This document shows, piece by piece, positions 51,918 to 64,000 of a stretch of 64,000 nt of DNA (the first letter of the stretch is position 1; every line of letters begins with the position of its first letter). The DNA is taken from contig NC_043007.1 in the NCBI RefSeq assembly GCF_006345805.1, positions 66,712,001-66,776,000 of the forward strand. The letters run 5' to 3'. The notes beneath the pieces are model-generated. The model was given only the letters and a program-made list of their open reading frames with translations, was not told the origin of the DNA and ran no database searches. The translations under genes were made by a program, and so were the position numbers. The stretch comes from Octopus sinensis. Taxonomy: Eukaryota.

Positions 51918-53087
51918 GAAGGTTTGAAAATGCAATTTTAAAAGATGTTTATTCACTTGACCGGTTTCACTTTTTTAGAAAAAGATTGTCAAAAGTAACA
52001 TGTAAAAGCATTGTTGTGTTAGGTACTGGTTGTCACAAAATATTTCAATACATATATACATTCTTTGATAATAATAAGAACATGTTAAAAACAGTTTATA
52101 GAAAAAATCTTGAGAAATTATTAAAAAGTTCATAAAAATTATCGGGATTTCATAAGAAATCATGTTTGTTTGGAAGTATCTATATATATACACAGAAAAT
52201 TATAAGTTCAAAAAGGTCATAGTAAAATGAAACGAAGTATTGATTGTCTTATTGAATAGATGAAATATTGAATATCAAACTATTCAATAGGACAATTAAT
52301 ACTTCATTTCATTTTACTATATATACTATTTATGCTATATATTCTATATTAATATTATAAAGAATATAAATAAAACATAAAAACAGAGTTGGAATTCCTT
52401 TGAATAATATATATATATAAGCACCATGAACAAGCATAGAGAATATCACATTTTTTATTACACCATACAGTACCGGCGATTGTTTGTATTTTGCCAGCAT
52501 ATTTAGATATAGAGAAAAGGTACGAAAAACAAGTCAAACCAATATATACGAAAATTTATGCTAACACAATGTTATGAAGGTAACCCAAACTTCAAAAGAT
52601 TAAATTCAAAGCGAACTGAAATAATATCTATAATACATGAACGTATGCAAAATGAACGTTATATGTAAAAATATAATATCTAAGAAAGGTTAGTATTTAA
52701 ACTTATGATGAGGTCAGCAGATAACGAAAGAATTAAAAAGTCAGCCAAAACTTCTACGTCACCACGTTTAGTTATCAATGCTAAAGATATTCAGTAAAGT
52801 TATGTATATCAGATAAAAGGAAAAGCAATTTATAGTTAAGGTATTAATTACAATTAAAATATGTAAATTATTTTCTATATTAACTGGAACATTACTAAGA
52901 TGGGTTCTACAAATTAATTATTTTAATTGTATAATACGTTTCCTCAAGGGAAAGATCATATTTAAAATGATCAGTATATGTATCTATGCATGGGCGAACG
53001 GGTGGACTGATGGATGGATGGATGGATGGATAATTGTATGTATGTATGTATGTATGTATGTATGTATGTATGTATGTATGTATGTAT

Positions 53088-53470
53088 ACGAGCAAAACGA
53101 CCTCCGTCCAATGGACGGTGCTGAGTTGTCAAACATTTAAACCAAATTTTCTCGAAACAACTTGTCCTACCGTACCATAGGCCTCCACTTAGAAAAACAC
53201 TGATTTAACCTAAATTTGAGACACCAGCAAAAGAAGAAATAAAGATACACTTTTCTATTCCAAGAAAAACGATTTTACAAATGCACGTTCCCACGGCTTA
53301 ATCGGTCGCATTCTCTCCAGGAATCGATTTTTGTAATTTTTTCAAGACTTATACACGCCCTGATACCGTCAGTATCAACATATCAAATTTGAGCGCAATC
53401 GGATGGAGGATGCCCGAGATCCTAGAAGACACACACACAGACAGACAGAACGGATTTTATATAATATATA
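53088..53470 (+). mobile_element. Helentron/DINE-like non-autonomous element (tentative)
   Basis: The 3' part caaatttgagcgcaatcggatggaggatgcccgagatcctagaagacacacacacagacagacagaacggattttatataatata resembles the DINE-1/HINE 'caaattt...aatcgg...acagacagac...ttttat' layout (from recall). Confidence 0.5.
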
Positions 53471-53774
53471 TATATATATTATATTGGAGCAAAATTACAC
53501 ACTGACGTGAAGATTTTATACATAAATATACATACATGCTTATATTTGGTGACGGTGAAGGATCTCCGTCGTTGGGGGATAAAGATTCGGTGGGCAAATG
53601 AAGTTTCTTAGATCACTCAAGAAGTTTTTCGCAACAAACTGCATCCCTTATGGTATGTTCTTCTGCATCAGTTAAGTACACACACACGCACACGCACACG
53701 TGTACACACATACACACATACACACACACACATACACACACACATACTCGAGCGCAAAATATATTGATACTCAG

Positions 53775-53776
53775 AC

Positions 53777-53841
<65 letters not shown>

Positions 53842-54445
53842 CATACATACATACATACATGCATACATACATACATGCATACATACATACATACATACAT
53901 ACATACATACATACATACATACATACATACATACATACGTACATATATACATACATACATACATATATACATACATACATACAATCATGCATACATACAT
54001 ACATGCATACATACATATATACATAAATACATACATATATACATACATATATACATACATACATACATACATACATACATACATACAATCATGCATACAT
54101 ACATATATACATACATACATACGTACAATCATGCATACATATATACATACATACATGCATACATACATGCATACATACATACATACATACATAAATACAT
54201 ACATACATACATACGTAAGTACATACATACATACGTACATATATACGTACATATTTACATACATACATATATACATACATGCATACAATCATGCATACTT
54301 ACATACATACATGCATACATACATACATATATACATACATACATACATATATACATACATACATACAATCATGCACACATACATACATGCATACATACAT
54401 GCATACATACATACATACATACATACATACATACATACATACATA
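53775..54445. repeat. (GATA)n grading into a long (TACA)n array with recurring acaatcatgc variant blocks
   Basis: Directly visible; aatcatgc recurs five times. Confidence 0.95.
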
Positions 54446-54554
54446 CCATTCTTAAGCAAGAACGTTGTTGACAGTGACTTCTAAGTTTCGGCCGTCTAGG
54501 CCATCGTCCCACTGTCAATGACATTTTTATATACGAATAATAAATTTAAGAAAC

Positions 54555-54820
54555 GGAAACTGAAAGAAGCGCGTCGTATATATGTATATGTATATATGTG
54601 TGTGTGTGTGTGTGTTTGTCCCCCAACATCGCTTGACAACCGATGGTGGTGTGTTTACGCCCCCGTAACTTAGTGGTTCGGCAAAAGAAACCGATAGAAT
54701 AAGTACTCGGCTTACAAAGAATAAGTCCTGGGGTCGATTTGCTCGACTAAAAGCTGTGCTCCAGCATGACCGCAGTCAAATGACTGAAGCAAGTAAAAGA
54801 GTAAAGAGTAAAAGAGTACA
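54555..54820 (+). mobile_element. SINE family B 3' two-thirds
   Basis: acggaaactgaaagaagcgcgtcg...cagtcaaatgactgaagcaagtaaaagagtaaagag. Confidence 0.8.
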
Positions 54821-54944
54821 ATTTTTTAAAAATTATACAGTAGAGTACTATTTCTACTTCGTGGATTAGGGATTACTGTGCATAGATCCGCGGATCAACG
54901 CTGAGGTGGGCCTGAAGGTCAACAACCAAGAACTCGGGCACCAC

Positions 54945-55620
54945 CAACGCTAATACCACCACCACCACTAACATTCACTAGCGCCACCTCACCTCAAGAA
55001 GCAGCACTCCGTTCGTTAACAATTGCCCTAATCTTAACTCTACCACCGACACCATCATCATGATCACTACAACCATTGGTATCACCACAACCACCACCAC
55101 CACCACTATCATCATCACCATCACAACCACCACCACTACAAAAACCACAGCCATCATCACTACCATCACCATCACCACTACTAACGCCACCACCAATACT
55201 ACCACCATCATAACCCCTAACATCGCCACCACCACACAACCACCACCACTACAACCACCAACAACACTACTAATACTACTACCATCACTACCACCACCAC
55301 CACCTCTATCATAACCCTTACCACCATCACCACTACAATCACCAACATGACTACCACCCCTACCACCATCACCACCACTATCACCACCATCACCACTATC
55401 ATCACCACCACCATTATCACCACCACTACTACAACCACTAGCGTAACAACTTCCACCACCACATCACCACTACTACCATCACTACCATCAACACTCCCAC
55501 TACTAACATCACCATTACCACCACTACAACAGCCACCACCGCAATCCTTACCACTGCCACTACCACCACCACAACCACCACCACCACCAACATCTTCATC
55601 ACCACTACTACCATCGCTAC
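54945..55620. repeat. (ACC/ACT/ATC)n degenerate trinucleotide array
   Basis: Directly visible. Confidence 0.95.
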
Positions 55621-55895
55621 AACTGTTGTATACAAGCCATTCTGTACTCCGCTATCCAATATAAATGTTATCTAACCATGCATATTTAATTAGTTGATAC
55701 TAACGGTAAGTGTACATAAGACAGAGCTAGGAGTTCATTGTTCCCCGTGTTCTTGTTGGTGTTCTACGACTGAAAGAGATGTTTGTTGTTGGACATAATG
55801 TGTTGGTTAGTCACAGCCGGACAAAAGATACGTATATGTTCAAACATGCCGGTTGAGTGAGTGTGTGTGTATGTATGGGTGCGTGGTGTCTGTAG

Positions 55896-55959
<64 letters not shown>

Positions 55960-56557
55960 ACATTATGTATGTACATATTGTAAATATATATTATACATAT
56001 ATATATACATTTGTAGCAATTTGTATGTGTATAGATGTATAAGTACGTAGGTTACCGGTGTGTTTACGTATATATACATATATATAGTGTGCGTGTGTGT
56101 GTGTGTGTGTGTGGGTGTATATGTATATTTATCTATCTAATCTATCTTTCTTTATGTCTGTGTGAATGTCTTTGTGTCTATCCATCCATCAATGAATCTA
56201 TCTATCTATCTATCTCTCGCTATAATAGATAGATAGTAATAGATAGATAGATAGATTAGATAGATAATGATAGATAGATAGATAGATAGATAGATGATAG
56301 ATAGATAGATAGATGATAGATAGATAAATAGATAGATAATATAGATATAGATATGAATATAAAATTATATATGTATATATATTTATGTATATATATGAAT
56401 ATATATATCACATACATATATAATTTTATTTGTAAATATGTGCGTGTGTATTTACATACACCATACATGCATACAATAATATATATATATATATATGTAT
56501 ATATATTATATATATTATATATATATATATGTATTATATATATATATATATACATAC

Positions 56558-56588
<31 letters not shown>

Positions 56589-56748
56589 TATAAATATATG
56601 TATATTATATGTATATGTGTAGGATATGTTATATATATATATATAAATATATTATAATATATTTATATGTATATGTGTATGTATATGAATATATATATCT
56701 CTATATCTATCGATCTATCTATCTATATATATATATATATATATAATA

Positions 56749-57392
56749 TAGGTTAATGCTTACTGCATCCTAACAACTTCGTGCTAATTTTGTATTTTAT
56801 AGCTTATAACGCTATTAAATCTATGAACCGCCTGTGTTACTGCTGTTAATATTATCAATTAAAAATATTCACCACATGTGGTATTAACAGTAGTAACATC
56901 TAATTTCGAATGTAAACATTTGAATATTTTTGCTCATAACTATTTTGCACCACGTGTTACTGGCTTTTGGCGCAAAACAAGCCAGAGCGCTAATATATTT
57001 ATAACATGGCGGATTTGGAATTTTTTTCCCAATAGCTCATACTAAAGAAGCTTGAGGCCCTTCGGCCAGAACCCGTAACTATGGTGCATGAGCATCAGAA
57101 CGGCATAATGTTTATAGGTATACTTTTAAACTGTTTGTCTATATCCTCGTGTACTGTTATTTTCTATTCTTTTGTTGCCTCTTGGCGGTTGAATTGAGGT
57201 TTTTGGTTCTCAAATGTAAATAGGTTGATGCTTACTGCATCCTAACGCCTTCGTGCTAATTTTATATTTTATAGCCTATAATGCTATAAAACATGTTAAC
57301 CACCTATATTACTGCTGTAAAAATTATCAATTAAAAATATTCATCATAGTAATAATATCTAGTTTCAAATATAAACATTCGAATGTTCTTGC
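56749..57392. mobile_element. Element with ~170-185-bp direct terminal repeats in (TA)n (Penelope pseudo-LTR-like, tentative)
   Basis: ggtt(a/g)atgcttactgcatcctaac...cttcgtgctaattt at 56751 and 57223 (period 472). Internal ctaaagaagcttgaggcccttcggccagaaccc at ~57041-57073. Confidence 0.55.
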
Positions 57393-57419
57393 ATTATATA
57401 TATATAATATATAGATATA

Positions 57420-57451
<32 letters not shown>

Positions 57452-57677
57452 TATACATATATATGTAAATATATATATATATATTAGGTTTGGAGATGAT
57501 GTACAAGTATCTTATAGTAGAAGAAATGAGGTACTCAGAAATTCGATGGTTTTATATTTACAGATATTTATTTGTATATTACATGTTTTTATACATCATA
57601 TATCATATATCATATATATAAGCGCTTTCGTCCATTCTAGTGGAGTTTTCAAATATATATATATATGTGTATGTATG

Positions 57678-57717
<40 letters not shown>

Positions 57718-57719
57718 TG

Positions 57720-57972
57720 TTAATAAAATAGAATATATGCATATATAAAACATATATGTACGTACCTACCTCTACATGTACATATACACGCATATATGTG
57801 TACAGGACACCAAAAGACTGTCGAACACATAGAGAGACGAAACACATAGACACAAACCAAGGAACAAGACAAGCAAAAAAAAGAGAGAGAGATACAGCAA
57901 TAAGCACAACGAAAAATCCCCTTCTTCAGTCGCTAAGATTTCATCTACTAAACGTTTCGAAGGATAAAAGCG
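57720..57972. mobile_element. 'gtacaggacacc' family copy ending in a hammerhead-like relic
   Basis: gtacaggacaccaaaagactgtcgaacac...ccccttcttcagtcgctaagatttcatctactaaacgtttcgaagg. Confidence 0.65.
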
Positions 57973-57989
57973 ATATATATATATATATA

Positions 57990-58790
57990 TATGGTGCGAT
58001 GGGTACATTGACACAGATTTATATTTTTAATTTTGCGCCTGCGCATTGTCTGTTTTGGATTTTGTCGACTACGCAGTATAATAGGGTCAGCACCATGACG
58101 CAATTCACTCTGCCAGAAATTTGGAAACGACATGCTGTACTGCTTGGCATTCAGAGTGTTTGGGTATCGTTCTGAGAGTGATAAAAATCAAACATCCAGT
58201 CAACATCATGGTGTTTGGTCGATTACTAGTCATGGCAACGTTGTGCCTCCAGTCATCTTCCCACACAGCCTCCGACTCAGCACAGAGGCCTGCATCAAGT
58301 GCCTAGAAGAGATAGTGCTGCCTTTGGTCAAGTGCGTGGCTGCTGAAAGATCCTATGTCTGGCAACAGGACTCTGCACCATGCCACACAAGCAGGAGAAC
58401 CCAGTCATGGCTGCCAGACAGTTTCTACAATCACATCACCTCTAACATCTGGCCACCTAACTCCTCAGACTACAACCCCGTTGATTATCATGTGTGGGGC
58501 GCAGTTGACGAAGAGACCAATAAAACTCCTTATCACACCAAAGATGAACTGAAGGCAAGGATTATGGCAGCATTTACCAACTTAAACAAGGTGACCGTCC
58601 AGAAGAGTTGCAGAAGACTCTGAAGTCGTCTGCAGTCTGTGGTTGAAGCCAATGGCGATTTTATTGAATAAATTTACTCTTTAGTATTTCAAGGTATTTT
58701 AATGTAATTTTGGTAGTAAATATATCTGTTAAAATGAGATATCCGTGTATTTCATTTTTGCGTAATTTAGACGGCAGTTTATTCATTGAG
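57990..58790 (+). mobile_element. Internally deleted Tc1/mariner transposon, DD37D (maT-type) transposase pseudogene
   Basis: N-terminus MTQFTLPEIWKRHAVLLGI is joined to KHPVNIMVFG...YVWQQDSAPCHTS...WPPNSSDYNPVDYHVWGAV. There are 37 residues between the QQD Asp and the PVDY Asp; premature stop at 58621-58623. Confidence 0.85.
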
Positions 58791-59344
58791 CGTCTTCTTC
58801 TAGCATGTAAGCGACTTGTATACGTAGTTGTTTGCCCCTGATATATTTTCATACAATAATTTATAAACTGATTAATTTTATCTTAACCGGTTGATTACAT
58901 GCTAACGACCTGATAAAATCTAACGTAGATTTTATCCTTAATTTTTAGAATATATTTATAATATATCATTTCACTCAAACCAAAATTATTCACTGCTGGA
59001 TTATATGGTTATTAACACGTGGTCGAAATAAACGAAACCAGATTTTTAAATTTTTATTCTGTATATAAGTACGGACCGCCTATTTACGGTGTACAACTGT
59101 TCTGTTCCATGGGTATGCATTTTGTTCGTTTTTTGATGTGCATTGATCTGGTTATATTACACTGGTGATAGAAAATCTTGAAGTCAATTGATGTGTAATT
59201 GAACCGGTTCATGAATCTGTTTCGTTTATTTGCACGAGTACGGCGCGTGTTATTTTATGGTGATATGTTAGGTAGTTTTAGACATTAGCGTCTTCTTCTA
59301 GCTTGTAGGCGACTTGTATACGTACTTGTTTGCCCTTGATATAT
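58789..59344. repeat. 58-bp direct repeats (54/58 identical, period 498) bracketing an AT-rich segment with internal hairpins
   Basis: agcgtcttcttctagc(a/t)tgta(a/g)gcgacttgtatacgta(g/c)ttgtttgccc(c/t)tgatatat at 58789-58846 and 59287-59344; gataaaatcta-acg-tagattttatc at 58912-58936. Confidence 0.7.
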
Positions 59345-59410
59345 ATATATATATATGCATAAACACACACACACACACATATATGCATAAACACGACGCA
59401 CGCACACACA

Positions 59411-60359
59411 GGTTATGTGCTCGTTTGAAGAAGAGAAGTGGTAGGTTAGGATAGATATGCGAGGTGGAGAGGTCGGTCTGGAGTCGCCGGAAGACTCGGA
59501 GGATGGTGCGTTAGAGGGACAAGATGGAGGGATGGTAGGTGAGAGAAAACGGGATAGGTAAGGGTGGGGCGAGTGCGAAAACAAAGAGCAGAGGCACGGT
59601 CTATAGATCGTGCCGGGGAATGGCAGGATGCAAAGTGATGAACGGATAGCCACGTAGGATGAAGTGGCGAGCCATAAGTTGAGACTGAATCTCAAAGTTA
59701 CGGTCATCACTGCAGAGCCTGCGTGGACGGAGGAATTGAGAATAGGGGATGGAGAGCTTGGTGTGGATAGGGTGGGAGGAGGAGAAGTAAATGCAGGAAT
59801 GAGAGTCAGTGTGTTTGTAGTGGATGGGGGTAGTGAGAGCGGAGTGATGTATGCTGACAGAAATGGCGAGAAATTTTACGGTAGAGTTAGAGATAGTGCA
59901 GGAGAATTCGAAGGCAGGATGGAAGGATTGGACAAAGGAGAGGAAGGAGTCCTGTTGTTCGCGGGAGAGACAGGTCGTGCCGATACAGTCATCGATATAA
60001 CGACCATATAGCTCGGGAGTGGGACCAGTGAATTGTGAGAAAATTTGGGCCTCAGTGTAGCCAACGAACAGGTTCGCATAGTTGGGGCCTATTCTCGTTC
60101 CCATGGCCAACCCCGAAGATTGTTGGTAAAACTCTCCCACAAACGAGAAGCAATTGAAGGGGAGAGTAAAGTCGGCAAGAGAGAAAAGTGTGGAGGTGTC
60201 AGGTCGAGGGTCGGGCTGACGGTCAAGGAAGCGTTAGCACAAGAAGTTCTTCGTTGTGTGGGATAACCGTATACAAACTTGTAATATCAAGGGTTAACAG
60301 AAGCTGAGAGGGGCCAGAAGGGAAGGGGAGCGAGTTAAACAGACGGAGAACACGATTGG

Positions 60360-60360
<1 letters not shown>
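59411..60360 (-). mobile_element. Penelope-like retroelement RT fragment (Neptune-type), truncated at both ends by simple repeats
   Basis: LLTLDITSLYTVIPH...FYQQSSGLAMGTRIGPNYANLFVGY...YGRYIDDC...FHPAFEF...HYKHTDSHS...SSSHP...SIPYSQFLR.RRLCS...RGYP (ORF 59601-60140). Confidence 0.9.
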
Positions 60361-60395
<35 letters not shown>

Positions 60396-60404
60396 ATATA
60401 TATA

Positions 60405-60642
60405 ATTGCAGCATGGAAGGTGTTTGTAAACCATTTAAGAAACACACAAAACCGTTAGATTCACTTTAACATCTAAATTTAATTTGTCAAAATATTTTCG
60501 TCGCTTTGAGACCGCGACCTGTTCACTGACAAAACTCTGAAGCGACGAAAATATTTTGACAAATTAAATTTAAATGTTGAAGTGAATCTAACGGTTTTTA
60601 TGTGTTTCTTAAATGGCTTATAAACACCTTCCACGCTGCAAT
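60405..60642. mobile_element. Foldback element, ~102-bp inverted arms with a 33-nt spacer, in (TA)n next to the PLE fragment
   Basis: attgcagcatggaaggtgttt...aatattttcgtcgctt versus aagcgacgaaaatatt...aaacaccttccacgctgcaat. A partial further start lies at 60781. Confidence 0.75.
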
Positions 60643-60715
60643 TGTTTTCGTTCTAGCACACGATCTCAGATCAGGTCACTTGCTATGCAAGTACATCTCC
60701 GTAACATATATATAT

Positions 60716-60773
<58 letters not shown>

Positions 60774-60858
60774 TATATATATGGAAGGTGTTTATAAGCC
60801 ATATATTAAATCGATTTATAGATAGACAGATAGACAGACAACAGACAGACAGACAGAC

Positions 60859-60928
<70 letters not shown>

Positions 60929-61930
60929 ATTCCTAAGAGAGTTTAAGTCGGTTGTAAATAGGTGGTTGAGTTGGCATACTGGTGGAGCTATCAATGCACC
61001 CACCCATGTGTATGCGTCTAGTCATCTAAAGAATTTCGCAAGGAGAATCTTTGAAATCTCTTACGAGTCTTCATTGTGACACCAGTAGAATGGATTTGGA
61101 GAATCTACATCATTTCTTTTGCTCTTTCTTCGAAAAAACAAACCTAGTATTTGTAGGTTTTTGTGTAAATTTGTAGGTACATAGCCAAATGCACCTAGGG
61201 TGATAGGTACAAATGGGAAATTATAGTCAGAGTACAAGAGTTGTAATTACCGTATTGATTCAAATGCCTATCTGTCTGTCTGTGTGTATGTATGGATGGG
61301 TGGATGCATGCATGCATGTATGTATGTATGTATGTATGTATGGATGGATGGATGGATGGATGCATGGATGCATGGATGCATGGATGCATGGATGCATGCA
61401 TGTATGTATGTATGCATGTATGTATGTATGTATGTGAATAGCTATCTACTTTAACGGCGTATAAATAGTCTTTGTTGTTGCTCTTCATTTGGATCTTGTT
61501 AGGGTTTTTCATGACAGACATTTTTGTCTACTTTGTTATCTTCTCTTTTGTAATTTTATTACCGCAAAACAAAAGCAAAAAAAAACCAAAAAAATAAAAA
61601 TTAAAATACACGCATCCTAATTGCAGGTAATAAAAGAACACAAACTGCTCCTCTGACCAAGGCAAACAGACCGTTAAAAGAAATGCAATGTTAAAAGAAA
61701 TGCTCTGATGCAATGTTCGCCCCACCCTACATTTTTTTTGCTGTGAGTGGGGGCAGAAGAATTGCTGCCCCCACTCATACTTGTGTGCAAATTTTGTTCT
61801 CCATTACAAAGTATGTGCCCATCCAAGCGAGTAATTATCGCTCAAATTTCTTTAATTAAAAAGTATGTGGTTTCATCTAGAGTATAGAGTTGTTTTATTT
61901 ATTTATCATTGTTCTTTTTTCATCATCATC

Positions 61931-61989
<59 letters not shown>

Positions 61990-62154
61990 TACTATATTAT
62001 TATTATTATTTGTGCGCCGGTAGTAAAATGTGTGCGCCAGCACAGACGCATAACTTCAGGGAACACTGCCTCAATAGGAAATTCGGTATGATGAAATTGT
62101 TTCACATTCACAAAAGGGAACACACATACCTTGGACAATTGTCTTCCACTACAG

Positions 62155-62967
62155 CCCCGGGCCGACCAAAGCTTTGCGAGTAGATTTAATAGCCGGAAAC
62201 TGAAAGAAGCCCGTCGCATATATACATATATGTGTGTGTGTGTATGTTTGTGTGTGTGTGTGCGTTTGTGTGTGCGTGTGTGTGTGTTTGTCTGTGTGTG
62301 TCTGTATTCGGATCCACGAGCGCTTGACAGCCAATGTTGGTTTGTTTACGTCACGATAATGAAGCGGTTCGGCAAAAGAGACTGATAGAATAAGTAACAG
62401 ATTTGAAAGGAAAAAAATAAGTACTGTGGCTGATTCATTCGACTAAAAATTCTTCAAAGCGCTGCCCCAGGCTGGTTGTATATACATTTTCGGCAACACA
62501 TCCAACTCAACCATCCATGTGTCTGTTTCTCGAATAATCTCTTGAATTAAGTGGCACACAATATGGTGATAAATTATATTGCTTCCCAATCACTTGGTTC
62601 CGAGTTCAGTCCCACTACATGGGCAAATGTCTTCTACTGTAGCCTCGGGCAGACGAAAGCCTTGTGAGTGGATTTGTTAGACGAAAACTGAAATAAGCCT
62701 GTCGTGTATGTATATGTGCGTGTGTGTGTGCGTGTGTGTGTATTGTATGTATGTATTTGTGTATTTGTGTTTGTCCCTCACCACCGCCATCGCTTGATAA
62801 CCGATGTCGGTGTGTTTACATCCCAGTAACTTACCGGTTCGGCAAAAAGATCCCGATAGAGTAAGTACTAAGCTTACGGAGAATAAGTCCTGGGTCGATT
62901 TGTTCGACTAATGGCGGTGGGCCAGCTTGGCTGCAGTCAAATGACTGAAAGAAGTAAAAGAAAAAGA

Positions 62968-62970
<3 letters not shown>
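62155..62970 (+). mobile_element. Two SINE family B copies in tandem (~62155-62470, ~62570-62970)
   Basis: Both contain gaaactgaaa(g/t)aagcc(c/t)gtcg, an internal TG repeat and gttcggcaaaa(g/a)aga...gatagaataag. The second ends gcagtcaaatgactgaaagaagtaaaag. Confidence 0.75.
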
Positions 62971-63011
<41 letters not shown>

Positions 63012-63130
63012 CACACATGCCACACATGCAGCATAACATTATATACATAGATCCACAAATATTTATATGCATATATATATTTATATATATATACACACAC
63101 ACAGCTCCTTCATATATATATGTGTGTATG

Positions 63131-63163
<33 letters not shown>

Positions 63164-63399
63164 CACATATATATATATATATATATATATTAATGTATAA
63201 ATATGTATGCATACATATATATAGAGATACAATATTATATATATAAACATACATGTATACATAAATATATATGTATGTGTGTGTGTGTTTGTATATATAT
63301 ATGTGTGTATACATATATGTACAAACATTGGTTTATATGTCTATGTTTCTTTCCTTATGTGCATAAGTGTGTATGCGTATGCATCACTCTCATAAACGG

Positions 63400-63700
63400 G
63401 CCATCTTTATCACAAGCAATCGTTTATCCCCCCACCAACATAAGCCAACCAATTCAGACTCCTATAACTTATTACTTACACAACAGACAGCTAAGCTACA
63501 TTTACACAATAAATTCTCTCACAATATGTCCCTATACAATCTTGCCTCACATTCCCTTAACCAGCCCTAAATATAGCATCATGGTATTTATAAATGCCTT
63601 TTATCTTTACATTTCCAAAAATGCTGATTCCATCAACTTCATTTATTACACACTCACAGATGCACTCCCAACCCATAACATCTGCACTTTTCAACTTCCT
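63400..63700 (+). mobile_element. Possible very decayed CR1-like LINE 3' fragment
   Basis: Only weak motif resemblance (RLL*LI.LHNRQL...; NAFIFTFPKMLIPSTSF). Confidence 0.3.
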
Positions 63701-64000
63701 ATTGTGATAATTATTATATATATATATTTATATATATATACCTTGATTCCCTTTTCATCATGGTCTTTCTTTTTGTTTTTATGTAACTTTTATTGAATTC
63801 CAAATTCCAAGCTAGTTTCTATTGTTTTTAAATTGTGTGTGGCCATACCACAGCTTATGAAGCGGAACTTCGTAACTTGGATAGTAACTCCCTCAAAAGC
63901 ATATTATTTGAATATCTATCTATCTTTCTATCTAACAGTTTATCTATCTATCTGTCTATCTATCTATCTGTCTGTCTCTCTGTCAGTCTGCCTGCCTGCC

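Noticed and set aside
61744-61790. Helitron 3' terminus
   Set aside because: The hairpin is not followed by CTRR at the expected distance.

Overview
This is a repeat-saturated, AT-rich metazoan region. Its SINE and microsatellite families resemble those I recall from coleoid cephalopods (Octopus-like); that assignment is inference, not a database result. I found no convincing host protein-coding exon, true tRNA/rRNA gene or CRISPR array. Nearly all ORFs in the six-frame track are translated microsatellites or transposon fragments. The main feature is a Tx1/L1-clade non-LTR retrotransposon family present as a near-full-length copy (39215-44284, minus strand; gag-like zinc-knuckle ORF1, APE-RT ORF2), a 5'-inverted copy (15800-18204) and a short 3' copy (18289-18603). 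All six of their junctions abut (GATA)n in the same polarity. An abundant tRNA-derived SINE shares the terminal 44 nt and stem-loop of this LINE (38/44 identical). It forms ~184-bp head-less tandem multimers with an invariant junction, and one trimer is bounded by a 15-16-bp TSD. Also present are R4/Dong, RTE and CR1 LINE fragments, two Penelope-like RT fragments, several Penelope-type foldback elements with degenerate hammerhead-like cores, a DD37D (maT) mariner remnant, MITEs and a Helentron/DINE-like element. All coordinates were read by eye and boundaries of decayed elements are approximate.
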